Source of the DNA: a virus
Taxonomy: Duplodnaviria > Caudoviricetes
Virus record (IMG/VR): IMGVR_UViG_3300020045_001742
Span: 1-51,001 of that record
Direction: 5' to 3' (one strand)
DNA length: 51,001 nt
Shown here: positions 26,809-35,903 of the stretch, piece after piece
Numbering within the stretch: position 1 is the stretch's first letter
How the letters are laid out: each line of letters opens with the position of its first letter
The notes under the pieces: model-generated
What the model was told of the DNA's origin: nothing
The model's input: the letters and a program-made list of their open reading frames with translations, nothing else
Databases searched by the model: none
Made by a program: the position numbers and the translations under genes

Positions 26809-26978
26809 GGTTTTTTATTGTTATGTTTTATTACAGCATTTCTGCTATGACTTAAACAAAATGTTGAAAATAAATATCCAAGCGAAATAACCCTAACCAA
26901 TCCATCTAATATGCTACAAAGTCCAAATGTAAAGCAATATAGCTGTCCTAATTTGTGTTTGTTTTTATGTATATTCAT
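26805..26978 (-). CDS. Small hypothetical protein (57 aa)
   Basis: TAATG and ATGA overlaps with neighbours. Confidence 0.5.
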   Translation of the reverse strand: MNIHKNKHKLGQLYCFTFGLCSILDGLVRVISLGYLFSTFCLSHSRNAVIKHNNKKP

Positions 26979-27355
26979 TACTTTGCTTTCTGATCCGCAA
27001 GAAACTTAACCAGTTCCGCATAAGATTGTCTCTTTGCATCAGTGGATGCCACACTTTTCCAGTTCCAGTTCTCATACTCCATTTGAAATACAGCTTTTTC
27101 TACTGCACCAAAATCAGCGAGTTGTTGTGGTTTTGCGTAAAGCTTGATATGGGAAAATTTAAACTTACTATCGTGTGCCTGTTTCCATTCAAAATTATCA
27201 GGCCCAACATAATCTTTGTAAAAGTAGCCTACTGGCTCCACGATGTGCGATTCTTCGCGCTTGATTGCAGTTAGTAACGCACCCCGTTCATCCGTCAACA
27301 CCCGCAACTTATCGCGCAAATCTTTGAATGCTTCGTCTGTTGTCATCGTTTTCAT
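26978..27355 (-). CDS. Hypothetical protein
   Basis: EPVGY...KLYAKPQ motif. Confidence 0.6.
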   Translation of the reverse strand: MKTMTTDEAFKDLRDKLRVLTDERGALLTAIKREESHIVEPVGYFYKDYVGPDNFEWKQAHDSKFKFSHIKLYAKPQQLADFGAVEKAVFQMEYENWNWKSVASTDAKRQSYAELVKFLADQKAK

Positions 27356-27528
27356 TAAATAACTCCCATAAAGTAAGCAATTGAAGTCGTGATAATTGCA
27401 GCTCCAGCAACAGCCATCACAAGATCAATCAAGATTCCAGCGATTAAGCTAGTCTCTTTTTTACACTTTGCACGCGCAGGACAATCACGTCCTTGTGTGC
27501 ATTTTCCGTAGTCGTCACAGCAGTTCAT
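27355..27528 (-). CDS. Small Cys-rich membrane protein
   Basis: MNCCDDYGKCTQGRDCPAR plus TM helix; own promoter motif at 27561. Confidence 0.65.
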   Translation of the reverse strand: MNCCDDYGKCTQGRDCPARAKCKKETSLIAGILIDLVMAVAGAAIITTSIAYFMGVI

Positions 27529-27598
27529 TTGATTCCTTAGTTGTTGATTGTTGAGTCTTTATTGTAGCGCAGGTTTAGGTGTGCTATTTTTTCGTAAT

Positions 27599-27715
27599 TC
27601 ATGACATTGATTCAAGGATTGACATAAGGTGGTCAATTACAGATTGAACGTCAACTCCTGAATCTCGCAATACGATCAATGCTTTAATTGATTCTGAAAT
27701 TTGATTGTTTGTCAT
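27599..27715 (-). CDS. 38-aa protein, first gene of the leftward arm
   Basis: Promoter/leader motif 27713-27758 with SD agga. Confidence 0.5.
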   Translation of the reverse strand: MTNNQISESIKALIVLRDSGVDVQSVIDHLMSILESMS

Positions 27716-27848
27716 TTCGTTCGTCCTATTGGTTGTTGATGTGATCTATTGTGCCACACAATAACGCCAAAAAGAAACAATTTTAAATTTATTTTCACCC
27801 TGTTTTCACGCCTAAAATTAGCGTTTTTCAACCACTTACAAGGCAACC

Positions 27849-28148
27849 ATGTCACACCACGAAACAAGCAAAGCACTCGCCATCACTATCGGCTGGTCCC
27901 CGTTCCACATTCATGACTACATTGACAAGTCAGGTGAGCACAATATCAACTGTCTGGTAGAAGGCGAGTGGAGGCCATTTGACTACCGTGACAAAGCCGT
28001 GATCTGGCCCATTGCAAAGCGTTTTAACTGCTTCCCTTGGCGTGATTCTATGGGCTATTGGTGGGCAAGCATTGAAGGCAATGAAGAGGTTAATTCTCAT
28101 TCGGCTGAGTTGGCGGTAGCGCTGGCGGTGACTGGGGGCGTGAAATGA
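27849..28148 (+). CDS. Hypothetical protein (NinX/DUF2591-like)
   Basis: ALAITIGW, FDYRD..VIWPI, AVALAV. Confidence 0.55.
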   Translation: MSHHETSKALAITIGWSPFHIHDYIDKSGEHNINCLVEGEWRPFDYRDKAVIWPIAKRFNCFPWRDSMGYWWASIEGNEEVNSHSAELAVALAVTGGVK

Positions 28149-28291
28149 ATAAGCCACTTATTTTGCCAACTGGCGCAGGTGGTTGGATGGTGTGGCTTCA
28201 AAAAGACAAAGTGCAACATGGAATAGTAGCATTTGGATCAACATGGCGCGAAGCTTGGGCTAATTGGTGTGCTAAAGGATATAACAAATGA
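28145..28291 (+). CDS. Small hypothetical protein (48 aa)
   Basis: ATGA overlaps at both ends. Confidence 0.5.
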   Translation: MNKPLILPTGAGGWMVWLQKDKVQHGIVAFGSTWREAWANWCAKGYNK

Positions 28292-30312
28292 GCAGTCTAA
28301 AAAGCATCTTTCCCAATGGATTCCCCGTCCAAATTGATACGCCAGTCTTACCGCCTGAGCATCAGCTTCGCGTCCACATGTCAGAAAACTGCATCCAAGC
28401 ACCTGACGACATTGTTTGTGATGGCAAGCTACACCGATTCTCAACTGGGTCTAAGAAGGGTGATCTAAGCGGCTGGTATGTCTTGCATGATGGTAAGGTT
28501 CCGGCGGGTGTTTATGGCGACTGGAAGACTGGGGAGGAGTACCAATTCCGGGCCAATATCGGGCGTGAGTTGACGTTTCAGGAAAATATCGCTCACGTAA
28601 AAAATATTAATGAACTCAAGGCCAAGAGGGAAAAAGAACTGTCAGACTCGCGGGAATATGCGGCTTACACGGCTACAAAGATATGGGACGCAGCTCAGTT
28701 AGCCAGCGACGATCACCCATACATTAAGAGAAAGGGAATTAATAACCCAGGTTGGCGCATTGCACCTGACGGGCGTTTGATCGCACCAATGATCATAAGC
28801 AATGAGATAAGCGGATTGCAGTACATCAGCGATGACGGTACAAAAATGTTTATGAAGGGCTCAAAGACGGGCGGTGCTTATTGGTCAATCGGTCCTGTCA
28901 TTGATTCAACCGGCGATGGACGTATCTATATATGTGAGGGTATCGCCACCGGGGCGTCGATCTTTGAGGCTAAAGGTAATAGCGTTGTCATCAGTTTTTC
29001 AGCGGGAAACATGGCTGCGACAGCTCAGGCTTTGCGTAATGGTGTTGGGCCGTTGCGTGAGATTGTGATCGTAGCGGATAACGATGATACGGGGGTTGGG
29101 CTTAAAGAGGCAACCAAGGCGGCTAACTTAATAGCGGCCATGGTTTGTATGCCGCCAATGCCAGGTGATGCCAACGACTATGCGCAGGCTGGGCATGATC
29201 TTGGTGAGTTGTTGGAGCCTTGCAATGCTGAAGTTGAAGATAATTATTTGGTTCACGCTGACGAATTCAGCGCACAGCCTGCACCGATTAAATGGCTGAT
29301 TAAAGGCTGGTTACAGGACTTAGGCTTATCAATGGTTCACGGGCCATCAGGCGGTGGAAAGACGTTTGTAGTGCTGGATTGGTGCCTTCACATCGCCAGT
29401 GACAAACAACTATGGGCAGGGCTCAAGGTTAAAAACGGTGATGTAGTTTATCTAGCGGGAGAAGGTCACCACGGTTTAAAAGGTAGGGTTGCAGCTTGGA
29501 AGCACTCGCATGGAGTCAATAAACTCAATATGTGGCTGTCCAAGGCTGGAGTTGATCTGAACACATCAGTAGGGTATTTGCGCGTTAAGAAGGCCATTGA
29601 TGCGTTGCCAGGTAAGCCAAAACTTATCGTCGTTGACACTTTGCACAGATTTTTGAGTGGTGACGAAAACAGTTCAGAGGACGCAAAAACCATGCTTGAC
29701 GCTTGCGCAGGTCTTATGCGTGAGTACGAATGTTCTGTTTTGTTGGTCCACCACACAGGAGTTTCAGAGGAAACGCAGCACAGGGCGCGTGGGTCTAGTG
29801 CGTGGAAAGGTGCTCTAGAGAATGAAATTAGCATCGTTCCAGCTAAAGAAAAGAAGCCATTAGAGATAGCCGCACGAAAAACAAAGGACGCTGAAATGCC
29901 AAAAAGCATCTTTGCGCAGCTTTCAAGCGTGGCTATACCTGGTTGGATTGATGAAGATGGCGAGCAGGTTACAAGTGCCATCGTGTCTATTTGTGACGCG
30001 CCAATGGTTGAGGATGAATATTTAAAGGAAAAAGCATCGTTAACCAGTGCTAGAAAATACTTTGAAGCGGCTGTTATGTCGGTCGGTCGGCCTGAGAATG
30101 GACTGCCATTTATATCGGCTGACGCATGGAATGGGTACAGCGCATCGCGTGAGCACGCTACAGATGGGGCGCGTCGAACAGCTTTATCTAGTGCCAAAAA
30201 GGAGCTATTGGCAGCCATGTACATCATGGAAAAGGATGGCGGTTACAGCCCTACACCTGAGTCTATGAGTGGTGTGTTTGCTGGTGCTTTCATTGGGTTG
30301 AGGCCTTACTAA
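28288..30312 (+). CDS. Primase-helicase: TOPRIM primase fused to RepA/AAA_25-type helicase
   Basis: DGKLHRF..GWY, HPYIKRKGI, LQYI, CEGIATG, ADND, GDAND; GPSGGGKT, IVVDTL, GDEN, LVHHTG, RGSSAW. Confidence 0.92.
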   Translation: MSSLKSIFPNGFPVQIDTPVLPPEHQLRVHMSENCIQAPDDIVCDGKLHRFSTGSKKGDLSGWYVLHDGKVPAGVYGDWKTGEEYQFRANIGRELTFQENIAHVKNINELKAKREKELSDSREYAAYTATKIWDAAQLASDDHPYIKRKGINNPGWRIAPDGRLIAPMIISNEISGLQYISDDGTKMFMKGSKTGGAYWSIGPVIDSTGDGRIYICEGIATGASIFEAKGNSVVISFSAGNMAATAQALRNGVGPLREIVIVADNDDTGVGLKEATKAANLIAAMVCMPPMPGDANDYAQAGHDLGELLEPCNAEVEDNYLVHADEFSAQPAPIKWLIKGWLQDLGLSMVHGPSGGGKTFVVLDWCLHIASDKQLWAGLKVKNGDVVYLAGEGHHGLKGRVAAWKHSHGVNKLNMWLSKAGVDLNTSVGYLRVKKAIDALPGKPKLIVVDTLHRFLSGDENSSEDAKTMLDACAGLMREYECSVLLVHHTGVSEETQHRARGSSAWKGALENEISIVPAKEKKPLEIAARKTKDAEMPKSIFAQLSSVAIPGWIDEDGEQVTSAIVSICDAPMVEDEYLKEKASLTSARKYFEAAVMSVGRPENGLPFISADAWNGYSASREHATDGARRTALSSAKKELLAAMYIMEKDGGYSPTPESMSGVFAGAFIGLRPY

Positions 30313-30440
30313 TAGGTGTTAGTTGGTGTTAGCTAACTGTTAGTAACCAACTAACTAACAAGGGTATTAATAGGTTAGATTTGTTAGGTGTGTTACTATG
30401 GCGTGGCACACGCCAGATAACTAACTAACAAGCTAACAAA
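30313..30440. repeat. Iteron-like TGTTAG/CTAACA cluster, candidate replication origin
   Basis: 7 exact hexamers in both orientations; AACTAACTAACAAG twice; directly after primase-helicase. Confidence 0.6.
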
Positions 30441-30500
30441 AGATTTTTCTACTGACTTTGTTTTATAAATTGAGCTACAATAGAAGCTCACTAACAAAGG

Positions 30501-30785
30501 ATGGATATGAAAGTAAAAGAAGCGATGTTGTGCTGGAATGCTGGCGGCGAAGTCAAGATGGTTAAGTGCCCTGATTCAACCAGATCAGCCAAGCATTTAA
30601 AAAACTCAGTAGGCGCATGTTTTTTTGAATTCGACAAATTAAGTGAAAATGAAAAGATCACAAACTTACTAATTCACGGATTGACGATTGTTAACAACGG
30701 AGTGAAGATTGAAGACATTTTGAATGAGTTAAATAAAGTTGAAGAAATCAATGCTGAGATTGAATTCCACTCAAGACTAGGTTAA
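30501..30785 (+). CDS. Hypothetical protein
   Basis: TGAGCTACAAT promoter motif (30471) and SD aagga. Confidence 0.6.
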   Translation: MDMKVKEAMLCWNAGGEVKMVKCPDSTRSAKHLKNSVGACFFEFDKLSENEKITNLLIHGLTIVNNGVKIEDILNELNKVEEINAEIEFHSRLG

Positions 30786-30877
30786 AATAACATCAACCGT
30801 TGAAGCGGTTATCCTACCGCGTTGAGGGCCAGCGCCGGGCCTGGCCTATATCAGCGGACGCCCGGCAAACTTTTTTA
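30760..30877 (+). promoter_or_regulatory. Promoter plus structured leader ahead of packaging genes
   Basis: TTGAAT-17-TAAAAT; stems aaccg/cggtt and gccgggc/gcccggc followed by a T-run. Confidence 0.45.
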
Positions 30878-30899
30878 TCAACACATTAAAGGTCAAGAC

Positions 30900-31385
30900 A
30901 TGAAGATTACGGCACAACAATTGCTTAACAAAGCACAGACTCATATGCAAGCCCGTGCAGCGACTTACGACAAGCCCGAGGGGGAGCGCAGCATGGCAGC
31001 TACTGTGACGGCTTATAACGCCATTACAGGGCATTCACTGACCGAGGCTAATGGATGGCTGTTGATGGCTGTATTGAAGATGGTTCGTGATAACCAGCGC
31101 AAAGAACCACATCCCGACTCGGTGGAAGACTTTGTTGCCTATTCTTCTCTTTATGGTGAGGCTCGGTTGGGTGAGGTTGCAAAGCCTTTGGTGGATGGTG
31201 GGGCGGTGAAGACGGATGACTGTTGGATTACTTGGGGTGGTGGTGAGTGTCCTGTTGAAGGTAGCATTATTATTTATGCAAAATTCAGAGATGGTGATAT
31301 TTCTGAATCAACCCGAGCATATGGATTTGATTGGACACACACCGCAAGCGAAGCTGACATCATAGCCTACCGCGTAGTAAAATAA
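30900..31385 (+). CDS. DUF6378-like protein with C-terminal WxGGECPV...DIIAYR domain
   Basis: RAATYD..GERSM, GWLLMAVLKMVR, DSVEDFVAY. Confidence 0.7.
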   Translation: MKITAQQLLNKAQTHMQARAATYDKPEGERSMAATVTAYNAITGHSLTEANGWLLMAVLKMVRDNQRKEPHPDSVEDFVAYSSLYGEARLGEVAKPLVDGGAVKTDDCWITWGGGECPVEGSIIIYAKFRDGDISESTRAYGFDWTHTASEADIIAYRVVK

Positions 31386-31389
31386 ACCT

Positions 31390-31887
31390 ATGGCAACATC
31401 AAAAAAAACTCAGTCAGTAGGTCGCCCAACTCTTTACAAAAAAGAGTATGTCGAGCTTGGTTATAAATTCTGCCTTTTAGGTGCGGATGATAATCGACTG
31501 GCTGAAATGCTTGAAGTTGATGTTGCCACAATCAACCGCTGGAAAATAGCACATCCTGAATTTTGCGAGTCCCTAAAGGCTGGCAAGGATGTTGCTGACT
31601 CAAAGGTAGCACAAGCGCTATATAACCGCGCTTTAGGCTACAGCCATCCTGATTCCGATGTGAAGGTAATAGACGGCCAAATTGTCATTACAGAGCTTGT
31701 AAAGCATTACCCGCCTGATACTGGCGCTGCTATGGCATGGCTTAAGAATCGACAGCCCAAGACGTGGCGTGACAAGCAAGACATTGACCACACATCAAGC
31801 GACAATTCAATGAGTCCGAAGCCTGCTATTGAACTGGATGCAAAAATGGTTAAAAGCATCCTAGAGAAAATAAGTGCTGACATCTGA
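31390..31887 (+). CDS. terS: Terminase small subunit
   Basis: GRPTLY, HTH, HYPPDTGAAMAWLKNRQP..WRDK; precedes TerL. Confidence 0.88.
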   Translation: MATSKKTQSVGRPTLYKKEYVELGYKFCLLGADDNRLAEMLEVDVATINRWKIAHPEFCESLKAGKDVADSKVAQALYNRALGYSHPDSDVKVIDGQIVITELVKHYPPDTGAAMAWLKNRQPKTWRDKQDIDHTSSDNSMSPKPAIELDAKMVKSILEKISADI

Positions 31888-33310
31888 GGAAAAGATGGCC
31901 GTTAAAGCGGCCATGCAGGTTGACCACTTATTCTTTGCTCGGTACTTCTTTAGAATCCGCGAAGGTGTCAAATTTAGAATAAATTGGCACCACAAGGCTA
32001 TTGCAGACGCTTTGCAGTTGGTCATGGATGGCAAGACTAAGCGCCTGATTATCAACGTTCCACCGGGTAGCTCTAAAACTGAATTAGCCGTTATCAACTT
32101 TATGGCGCGTGGCTTGGCATTTAATCCTAGGGCGCGTTTCTTGCATCTAAGCTACAGCTCTGAACTTGCTGAGTTGAATTCTGCTAAGGCCAAAGAATTA
32201 ATCACGTCGGCTGAGTTTCAAGAGCTTTTTCCATTACCGATTAAGTCGGACTCTAATGCTCGTGGGCGATGGAATGTTGTCGATAGTGACGGAATATCAA
32301 TTGGAGGTTGTTATGCCACGTCAACTCTAGGTCAGGTCACTGGATTTCGTGCTGGCCACATGGCTAAAGGGTTTCAGGGGGCTATCATCATCGATGACCC
32401 TTTGAAGCCCGCTGACAGCCTTTCTAAGACCAAGCGCGACGCGGTTAACAATGCCTACATTAACACGGTGCAAAGCCGTAAGGCGTCACCTGACACGCCA
32501 GTGATCGTTATCATGCAGCGCTTGGCTGACGAAGACTTGACGGGGTTTTTGCTTAATGGCGGGGATGGTTATGAGTGGACGCACGTAAAAATCCCTGCTA
32601 TTGCAGAAAATGAAAGCTACTGGCCTGAAAAAGAGCCATTAGAAAGCCTTTTACAGCTTAAAGAAAAAGGCAACTTCACATTTGAAGGTCAGTATCAGCA
32701 AGAGCCGTATATCCTTGGTGGTGAGCTAATCAAGGGCGAATGGTTCAAACGGTACACCGAGTTACCGGGTTTGCGTGAATTCAGTCGCCGGGCGGTGTTC
32801 GCTGACACGGCCATGAAGACCGGCGAGAATAACGATTACACGGTGTTTATTGATGCAGTGTTGCTTCGCACTGGTCAGGTGTACATTTTGAACCTATGGC
32901 GTAAGAAGGTTGACGCCGTTGGGCTGTTGATTATGGCCAAAGACATTTGGGCCAGCGTATCAGTTAACAACGGGCGCGAAGCCTTGCCACCTGCCAGTGG
33001 GTTCTATATCGAGGATAAGGCCTCTGGAACTGGCCTAATTCAGCAATTAAAGCATGAGCAAGGCTTTATCCCTGTCATGCCGGTACAGCGCACTAAAGAC
33101 AAGCTAACCCGCGTTATGGAGGTGCAGCCACGTATTGAGTCAGGAGGTGTCTATATTCCTGAGTCAGCGCCGTGGGTTGTTGACTTTTTGAGCGAGTGTG
33201 AGGCTTTTACAGCCACAGATACTCACAAAAATGATGATCAAATTGATCCATTGGTGGATGCAATAAACACATTTATGAGCAACCAGTTTGATTTATCGGC
33301 GTTGCTTTAA
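31874..33310 (+). CDS. terL: Terminase large subunit
   Basis: NWHH, INVPPGSSKT, IIIDDPLK, IMQRL, QYQQEP, FADTA, IEDKASGTGLIQ, DDQIDP. Confidence 0.95.
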   Translation: MLTSEEKMAVKAAMQVDHLFFARYFFRIREGVKFRINWHHKAIADALQLVMDGKTKRLIINVPPGSSKTELAVINFMARGLAFNPRARFLHLSYSSELAELNSAKAKELITSAEFQELFPLPIKSDSNARGRWNVVDSDGISIGGCYATSTLGQVTGFRAGHMAKGFQGAIIIDDPLKPADSLSKTKRDAVNNAYINTVQSRKASPDTPVIVIMQRLADEDLTGFLLNGGDGYEWTHVKIPAIAENESYWPEKEPLESLLQLKEKGNFTFEGQYQQEPYILGGELIKGEWFKRYTELPGLREFSRRAVFADTAMKTGENNDYTVFIDAVLLRTGQVYILNLWRKKVDAVGLLIMAKDIWASVSVNNGREALPPASGFYIEDKASGTGLIQQLKHEQGFIPVMPVQRTKDKLTRVMEVQPRIESGGVYIPESAPWVVDFLSECEAFTATDTHKNDDQIDPLVDAINTFMSNQFDLSALL

Positions 33311-33564
33311 GCCAAAACGTAAGCGTGATTTGCAAGCATCTCTTTTTTGCTTGCAATAAAGCTGCAAAACTGCTCGGATGTAACATCATCCCATGTTTGA
33401 GTTGAGCCAGTAACGGTAAAAGTGCGGAACTCTTGGCTATTTTTTCCGAAACTTGGAGCCATACGATCAATGTTGATCATGGCGTTAACCATTTGTTTTG
33501 CAGTCAGGTTTTGAGCTGATTCGCACTGTGCCAAAACTGTTGCGAGTTGTGTGAAGTTTGTCAT
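33307..33564 (-). CDS. Moron-like hypothetical protein antisense between terL and portal
   Basis: Own promoter/leader motif at 33562-33610. Confidence 0.65.
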   Translation of the reverse strand: MTNFTQLATVLAQCESAQNLTAKQMVNAMINIDRMAPSFGKNSQEFRTFTVTGSTQTWDDVTSEQFCSFIASKKEMLANHAYVLA

Positions 33565-33676
33565 TTCGTTTTCCTTTGGGTTTCTGTGTTGATGTGTCTA
33601 TTGTAGCGCAAAACAAGCCATGCAACCATTTATTTGCATTTAATCCTATAATTCGCACAATTAATAAGGTTTATTC

Positions 33677-35011
33677 ATGGAAAATCAAAAAAGAGGCCGG
33701 GGCCGACCACGCAAAGACAGCGTAATCCGTAGTGACGGACCGTATCTCAATGTTTTTGCCTCGGTCGGCAATAGCAAAGATCGCAGCTCATACACCACAG
33801 CGGGAGTACCTCGCATCCTAGGATTACAGGAGCTTGAAAGCCTGTACCAAGGTAACGGCTTCGCCCGTCGAATCATCGACCTTCCAGCGTCTGATATGGT
33901 GCGAGCGTCTTTTGAAATTGAAGGCGTCGAGGATTGCGAACCTATCCTGGCCGAGCTAGAAGGCGTTAATATGATGCCTAAGCTGTGCGACGCCATCAAG
34001 TGGTCAAGTCTGTATGGCGGGGCGCTTGTCGTCATGCTGGTAAACGATGGCGGAATGATGGAAGATGCGCTAGTCCCTGAGCGTGCTAAGTCGCTGGAGC
34101 AGTTGCGCGTCTATGACCGACATCAAGTGACCCGTTACAAAAAGTACACCGACCCAAGTGATATGCGCTTTGGCGGAACTGAGCTTTACATGATATCGCC
34201 TATAGAAGGGTCGCCATACGTCGTGCATGAGTCGCGCTGCTTGGTATTTGATGGCGTCTCAGTGCCTGACCGTACTCGCGCTATCAATGACGGCTGGGGG
34301 GCTAGCGTGCTGCAACAATGCGCCGATCAGCTTACCCGCTTTGGTATGTCTCACATTTGGGCTAATTCGTTGGTAGAGCGGGCGCAACAGGCTGTTCATG
34401 GCATCCCTGAGCTAACCAATGTCCTGCGATCTCCCGGTGGTGAGGCTTTGATTCGCCAGCGCCTTGATCTGGTTGACATGGCCCGTTCGATTAACAACAC
34501 GGTGGCCATTGATGCGGCTGAGACTTACGAACTCAAGTCAACGTCACTCAGTGGCGTGCCTGACCTTATTGACCGTTTCGCACTGGCTTTGTCGGCTGTT
34601 ACTGGCATCCCTGAGTCTTTGCTATTTGGCAAAGCTACAGGCGGGTTAACGGCATCTGGTGGTAATGACTTGGAGAACTGGTATTCAAAGGTAAGCCAAC
34701 TGCAAGAAACAATCCTGTTACCGGCTGTGGATAAGCTGTGCGCTATTCAAATGCACATAATGGGACGGTATGTTGAGAATTACAAAATTGAGTTTGAATC
34801 CCTGTTTATGCCTTCTGAAAAGGAAGAAGCTGAAATTGAAAAGCTAGAGGCCGAAGCCAAAAAGATTAAAGCCGACACCCATAATATTTATGTGACTGCT
34901 GGTGCGCTTGACCCTTCAGAACTTCGCAAAATGCTGGCAGAAGATGAAGACTATATGATTGACAATGTTGATCTAATGCCTGAAGTGATTGACGTGCCCA
35001 TGGGTGAGTAA
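33677..35011 (+). CDS. Portal protein (DUF1073-like)
   Basis: LY..NGFARRIIDLPA.DM, LYGGA, VHESR, WG.SVL, TGIPESLLFG, DLENWY; follows terL. Confidence 0.9.
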   Translation: MENQKRGRGRPRKDSVIRSDGPYLNVFASVGNSKDRSSYTTAGVPRILGLQELESLYQGNGFARRIIDLPASDMVRASFEIEGVEDCEPILAELEGVNMMPKLCDAIKWSSLYGGALVVMLVNDGGMMEDALVPERAKSLEQLRVYDRHQVTRYKKYTDPSDMRFGGTELYMISPIEGSPYVVHESRCLVFDGVSVPDRTRAINDGWGASVLQQCADQLTRFGMSHIWANSLVERAQQAVHGIPELTNVLRSPGGEALIRQRLDLVDMARSINNTVAIDAAETYELKSTSLSGVPDLIDRFALALSAVTGIPESLLFGKATGGLTASGGNDLENWYSKVSQLQETILLPAVDKLCAIQMHIMGRYVENYKIEFESLFMPSEKEEAEIEKLEAEAKKIKADTHNIYVTAGALDPSELRKMLAEDEDYMIDNVDLMPEVIDVPMGE

Positions 35012-35823
35012 TGGCAAAGAAAACCACATTCAACAACCCTGATGCTGTAGAGCGTGAATATACGCGGGAGCTAGTCAGGTATTCAAAGAAGCTGCAAAGC
35101 GATATAAACGCCATTGTATTGCCTGCAATTGGCAGTATTAAACGCCAGTTGGATAATGAGCTAAAGACTGACGGATGGCTTGACGAGTTAGCGGCTTTGA
35201 TGCTTGAATTGGCTTACCTTGCCACTGGCCATGGCTCTATCGTGGTGCGTAAGCTACCAGGCTATTTTGAGGCCGTGAGCAAGTTTAACGAAGGCCAGTT
35301 TAAGATGGTAGTCAAGGCCAATACCGGCCTAGACTTGCCACCTGTAATGCAAGGTGCGCCATCGTCGTCGATTCTTGGTGTAAACGTGTTCCGTAGTGAG
35401 CCATATTTAAAGCCATTAGCTGAAGCGTGGGTGAGCGAAAACACCGCGCTGATTAAGTCACTGCCCACAAAATTACACCCTGAGATTGAGGGAATTATAC
35501 GGCGTGGCGTGATGGCCGGTACTTCGGTGCGTGACTTGCAAAACCAGATTAAAGAGCGTTACGGCGTTACTGATTACCGGGCGAGGTTGATAGCGCAGGA
35601 TCAGTCCTTAAAACTTAACGCTGACTTGACGCGGTATAGGCTCCAATCGGTGGGAATTCGCGAATATCTTTGGAAGACAGTTCAGGACAGCCGCGTACGT
35701 CCTGACCATGTTGAGCGTAACGGCAAGCTGTTTACATGGGATAATCCGCCGCCTGATGGGCATCCCGGACAGCCTGTGCGGTGTCGCTGTAGGGCTGAGG
35801 CGGTTTGGGATGAAGAGTTATAA
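35011..35823 (+). CDS. Head morphogenesis protein (SPP1 gp7/MuF-like)
   Basis: RARLIAQDQ, YLW..VQDSRVRPDH, HPGQPVRCRC. Confidence 0.92.
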   Translation: MAKKTTFNNPDAVEREYTRELVRYSKKLQSDINAIVLPAIGSIKRQLDNELKTDGWLDELAALMLELAYLATGHGSIVVRKLPGYFEAVSKFNEGQFKMVVKANTGLDLPPVMQGAPSSSILGVNVFRSEPYLKPLAEAWVSENTALIKSLPTKLHPEIEGIIRRGVMAGTSVRDLQNQIKERYGVTDYRARLIAQDQSLKLNADLTRYRLQSVGIREYLWKTVQDSRVRPDHVERNGKLFTWDNPPPDGHPGQPVRCRCRAEAVWDEEL

Positions 35824-35866
35824 ATATAAATAATCACATGGCATATTTCACTCTGTTTTTGTGTTA

Positions 35867-35895
35867 TTGCAATGCAATTTTTTTATAGTTATAAT
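35867..35895 (+). promoter_or_regulatory. Sigma70-like promoter for capsid genes
   Basis: TTGCAA-17-TATAAT. Confidence 0.7.
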
Positions 35896-35903
35896 CCACT
35901 TAC

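Noticed and set aside
29466-30227. Long antisense ORFs (also 36944-37651, 45490-46425, 48110-48733)
   Set aside because: Shadows of well-supported genes on the opposite strand, with no motifs
33677-35011. Anti-CBASS Acb1 label sometimes attached to this family
   Set aside because: Position after terL, size and motifs indicate a portal protein
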